Shown piece after piece: positions 15,305-18,539 of a DNA stretch of 18,539 bases. This stretch comes from Candidatus Wukongarchaeum yapensis (GTDB lineage: Archaea; Asgardarchaeota; Wukongarchaeia; Wukongarchaeales; Wukongarchaeaceae): NCBI GenBank assembly GCA_016840425.1, contig JAEOSI010000019.1, forward strand, positions 1 through 18,539, written 5' to 3'. Position numbers and translations under genes: made by a program. The stretch's first letter is position 1, and every line of letters starts with the position of its first letter. Below the pieces are notes generated by a model. The model did no database searches. It had not been told where the DNA came from and was given only the letters and a program-made list of their open reading frames with translations.

Positions 15305-16768
15305 TTAAGCTCTCCACATGATTTGTTCCCCTATCTTTTCATCAACGTGTTTTATGTACTCTCTTAATTTTTCTTTTGGTATGATCGCTCCTGCTGCAAT
15401 ATCGTGGCCTCCTGCCTCACTTTTTTCAAGTTTAAGCTCATTTTTTGCCTTGACGAGTGCCTCTCTTAAATTAACGCCTCTTTTAATATGCTCCTTTAGC
15501 GCTCTAGCGCTTATTTTTACCATACCCTCTTGTTCCGTCATGTCTGCCGCTATCAAGGCAGGTTTTTTAAAGTCTATTATTCTCCCGCCTAAAGCCATGC
15601 CTAAGACAACACCAACAATCCTATCATTTATAACATCTTTAACATACGTGGCCGTTATGTTTGGCAAACTTTCTATTAACCCTCCCTTTTTAACATCGTT
15701 TAAAGCTTTAATTCCCTCCGCTAACATTTTCTTATATTTAACCAACACCCCTGCTGCTTCTCTTATTGCTTTCTCACGATCGTAGACATTTTTGTCGTAT
15801 TGAACAACTTTTAAACCCACCTCATATCTCTTTAACCTACCACAAGCGTTTAACATCGTACTATACTCCCTCAGATCCCGCAAAAATGGTTTTTCATTTG
15901 GTAACCTATACACAAACCCTACCAAACTTTTATACTTCTTTAAAGGAACCCCGTTCCTTATCAATAATTTAACTAAACCATCTACCAACTTAGTTTTCTC
16001 TTCTGGCGCCAAATCTGCGATTGTCTTCCATCCCCCATACTCATCCTTCAAAGGTATTCTTAAACTTTTCAAAAAGTTAAGACATGCTTCTTTATCCCCT
16101 GTTAATCCTGGCAAAAAAGGCTCAGTACAATACCCCAACGTCACATATATTGGCCGCGTTTCACGCCCATATAATGTTATATCCAACCTTTCCTCCACAG
16201 CAGAATTTGGGAGTATATGTGTATAGTTATAACCAACTAAACGCCCCTTTTCATGATACCTAAACTGCATGTCCCCAATGGCACCTACAAGAGCCAACTC
16301 TGGCCTCAATTTTGTAACGGCGTATGCCACCCCTGCCCCGCTTATTTCCTTACTTCCATCCAACCCAAACAAATGTGCATTAACTTGTACAATCTCGGTT
16401 TTCCTTGGAAAATCGGGTCTAAATTCCGCTATTTCCGGCTTGTGATGATCCAAAATAACTATTTTTTGTGCCCCTGATAAATATCTTTTAATAGTGTTAA
16501 CTTGTCCACTTCCTAAGTCCAAAAACACTATATTTTCTGCTCTTAATTTAGAAATTTTCATCGCTCTAACAGGATCAAACCCGCTTAGAACAACGATTTT
16601 TATCGGTTCTTTCTTAAAAAAAGACATAAGTACGCCGCTAGCACTTATACCATCTGCATCGTGATGCGTAATAATAACCGGATATTCCATCTCTTTAATC
16701 ATGTTTCTTGCCAGTTCACAGGCCTCGTGAAACTCATCCTCAAAAAAACTCCTCTCTGAGACAACCAT
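15305..16768 (-). CDS. Archaeal DHH-family phosphoesterase (RecJ/Cdc45-like) with DHHA1 domain
   Basis: HHDADG, DLGS, DHH, GAIGD, LNACGR, GGHDIAAG. The ATG at 16768 (MVVSE…) is preferred over the track start at 16801. Confidence 0.92.
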   Translation of the reverse strand: MVVSERSFFEDEFHEACELARNMIKEMEYPVIITHHDADGISASGVLMSFFKKEPIKIVVLSGFDPVRAMKISKLRAENIVFLDLGSGQVNTIKRYLSGAQKIVILDHHKPEIAEFRPDFPRKTEIVQVNAHLFGLDGSKEISGAGVAYAVTKLRPELALVGAIGDMQFRYHEKGRLVGYNYTHILPNSAVEERLDITLYGRETRPIYVTLGYCTEPFLPGLTGDKEACLNFLKSLRIPLKDEYGGWKTIADLAPEEKTKLVDGLVKLLIRNGVPLKKYKSLVGFVYRLPNEKPFLRDLREYSTMLNACGRLKRYEVGLKVVQYDKNVYDREKAIREAAGVLVKYKKMLAEGIKALNDVKKGGLIESLPNITATYVKDVINDRIVGVVLGMALGGRIIDFKKPALIAADMTEQEGMVKISARALKEHIKRGVNLREALVKAKNELKLEKSEAGGHDIAAGAIIPKEKLREYIKHVDEKIGEQIMWRA

Positions 16769-17066
16769 TTCAAACCGCGCCTTAACAAAATAAAAGCCCA
16801 CTATCTAAAAGGTTCTAAAATCATTAAATAAACAAATGTTGGTAAGATGAGGAAAACAAATGTTCCCCTCATATGTAATTCTTACCTTTATTTATCTCCA
16901 TCTTATAAACAAAACATTATGTGTAAAATTTGTTACTAAAAGTTTACATATATTTAATTTTATTAATTCTAATACTTAATAATGCGTCAGATGTTTTATA
17001 GAAAATTATGTGAAATTATCTTTGGGATGGCCTTTGGTACAACTGGTAAAATCTTCGAGTTATTTA

Positions 17067-18155
17067 ATGGAGTTTGATACCGATAATTGCCTAAACATCT
17101 ATATCGAAGTTATAAACAAAGAAATTGAAAATTTCTTACTTCCAACCTTTGATAAGGGTGTCCTTGTTTCAACAAACTTTTCGACGAATACCTTTACTTA
17201 TAAAAACATAAAAGAGTTTATTTTGCGTGGTGGTAAAAGGCTTAGACCCGCCCTCCTTTTAAACTCCTATAAAGCCATAAAAGGCAAGATTGATGAACAA
17301 ATTATTCGTGTCAGCTTATCCGTTGAATTTTTACACACGGCAAGCCTAGTACATGACGATTTATTAGACCAGGATAAAATGAGGAGAGGAGGACCTACGA
17401 TCCATGTTTTATATGAAGATCATGCTAAGTCTCTTCACCTACCTAAACCCTATGTTTCCCTTTTTGGCACATCTATGGGTATTTTAGTCGGCGACTTGAT
17501 ATGGTCCTTGGGATGGAGAGCCTTCTTTACTTCCAAATTTAACAACGAGCTCTTAATAAAAGCTTTAGATCTTTTTAATCAAACTCATACTAAAATCGCT
17601 GATGGTCAGATAAAAGAACTGGACCTTGCAATTAAAGAAAATATTACTGAAGCTGAGTATTTTGAAACTATATACCTCAAAACTTCGTCTCTCTTTGAGA
17701 CTTCCTGTGTAATTGGTGGCATTCTTGCAGAGGGCGTTCCTTCTCAAATTGACGCGTTAAAATCATATGCTTCTGCTTTAGGAATGGCGTTCCAAATAAA
17801 GGACGATATTCTCGGAACTTTTGGAGACGAAGAAGAGACAAAAAAGCCCAATGATAGTGATATTAAAACGAATAAAAAAACCCTCCTTGTTATTAAGGCT
17901 TTAGAGCACGCTTCAGAAAATAAAAAAACCTTTCTTAAAAAAGTATTAGGGAACCCCCAAGCTACCATTAAAGAAATCAACCTCATACGTGATATTTTTA
18001 AAGAAACTGGCGCCCTTAATTATGCAGAAATGAAAGCTTTTGAATTCGGGAAAATCGCAAAATCACACCTCAAAAAAGCAAAACCTAAATTTCGAAAGGA
18101 AGCTTTAGACTGGTTTAACACCCTTGTTGATTTTGTTATTAATCGCACATATTAA
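17067..18155 (+). CDS. Trans-polyprenyl diphosphate synthase (GGPP synthase-like)
   Basis: GGKRLRP, HDDLLDQD…RRG (first Asp-rich motif), GQ, KT, FQIKDDILG (second Asp-rich motif). Start is ATG 17067 or the track's GTG at 17010. Confidence 0.93.
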   Translation: MEFDTDNCLNIYIEVINKEIENFLLPTFDKGVLVSTNFSTNTFTYKNIKEFILRGGKRLRPALLLNSYKAIKGKIDEQIIRVSLSVEFLHTASLVHDDLLDQDKMRRGGPTIHVLYEDHAKSLHLPKPYVSLFGTSMGILVGDLIWSLGWRAFFTSKFNNELLIKALDLFNQTHTKIADGQIKELDLAIKENITEAEYFETIYLKTSSLFETSCVIGGILAEGVPSQIDALKSYASALGMAFQIKDDILGTFGDEEETKKPNDSDIKTNKKTLLVIKALEHASENKKTFLKKVLGNPQATIKEINLIRDIFKETGALNYAEMKAFEFGKIAKSHLKKAKPKFRKEALDWFNTLVDFVINRTY

Positions 18156-18226
18156 ATAAAAAATCTATTTTAGCTCCCCTAAGTTTCTCCCTATATCTAT
18201 CCATAAATTAAAATTAATAGAAATAT

Positions 18227-18240
18227 TTATTTGCAAATAA
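18227..18240. promoter_or_regulatory. Perfect 14-bp palindrome TTATTTGCAAATAA
   Basis: Read directly; about 90 nt upstream of the AbrB-like ORF. Confidence 0.35.
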
Positions 18241-18328
18241 TGGTTTACCAAAATAGATACACTTTAAATCTTCTTCTAATACTTATTTTAGGACATTTTA
18301 AAATTAAAGCCATGAGGTTGATCTTAAA

Positions 18329-18539
18329 ATGACACGTGAAGGAAACGGGACTGTTGTGTTTAGAGAATCAAAAACAGGGAATCGTGTTTATCGGAAATGC
18401 TGGGTTTATATACCCTCCCAAGTTGCTAACGATTCTTCATTCCCTTTTGAACATGGTGAAAAAGTCTGTATTAAAATCATAGGTAGCAATAATTTAATCG
18501 TTTGGAGTGGAAAATGTTCAGAAAAGGCAAAATTTACCC
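18329..18539 (+). CDS. AbrB/SpoVT-like swapped-hairpin protein, truncated by the window end
   Basis: Manual translation MTREGNGTVVFRESKTGNRVYRKCWVYIPSQVANDSSFPFEHGEKVCIKIIGSNNLIVWSGK…; the YIP-x8-PF-x2-GEKV-x-I pattern fits; SD-like GAGGTTGA upstream. Confidence 0.7.
   Translation, partial: MTREGNGTVVFRESKTGNRVYRKCWVYIPSQVANDSSFPFEHGEKVCIKIIGSNNLIVWSGKCSEKAKFT

Noticed and set aside
16900-16927. dif-like site (…TTATAA-ACAAAACA-TTATGTG…), checked because of the skew switch
   Set aside because: The spacer between ATAA and TTAT is 8 nt rather than 6, and the arms match poorly. The 11984-12012 repeat also fails the dif layout.
4242-17986. Remaining antisense or nested track ORFs over the TPR, rSAM, HEAT, ATPase, IMPase, RecJ-like and prenyl-synthase genes
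   Set aside because: Ser/Phe/Ile-rich mirror translations of genes with clear motifs on the other strand or frame.

Overview
An AT-rich archaeal chromosomal segment. The archaeal call rests on the archaeosine TGT, GGTGA-type SD sites, BRE/TATA promoters, an archaeal DHH/RecJ-like protein and an IMPase/FBPase; the lineage cannot be fixed from sequence alone. Housekeeping genes sit at both ends: tgtA on the left; IMPase/FBPase, a RecJ-like DHH protein and a polyprenyl (GGPP-type) synthase on the right. Between them is an accessory-looking interior with a ferredoxin, two stand-alone Lrp/AsnC ligand-binding domains, three TPR genes, a B12-binding radical SAM enzyme with a small upstream partner, two HEAT-repeat genes, a P1B-type metal ATPase and decayed genes. 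Features the ORF track misses: (1) a decayed TnpB C-terminus with an apparently intact IS200/IS605 right-end/reRNA scaffold (about 6535-6718), whose terminal TCAC supplies the radical SAM stop codon and whose predicted guide is antisense to that gene's 3' end; (2) a 38-aa SD-led small ORF upstream of a possibly PqqD-like protein and the radical SAM gene, a candidate peptide-modification system; (3) a DUF763 gene with a large internal deletion; (4) a small membrane ORF with an in-frame TGA followed by a GAA/AA-bulged hairpin; (5) an apparent G/C strand-skew inversion across the window, suggesting a replication termination zone. All family assignments come from motif recognition, not database searches.
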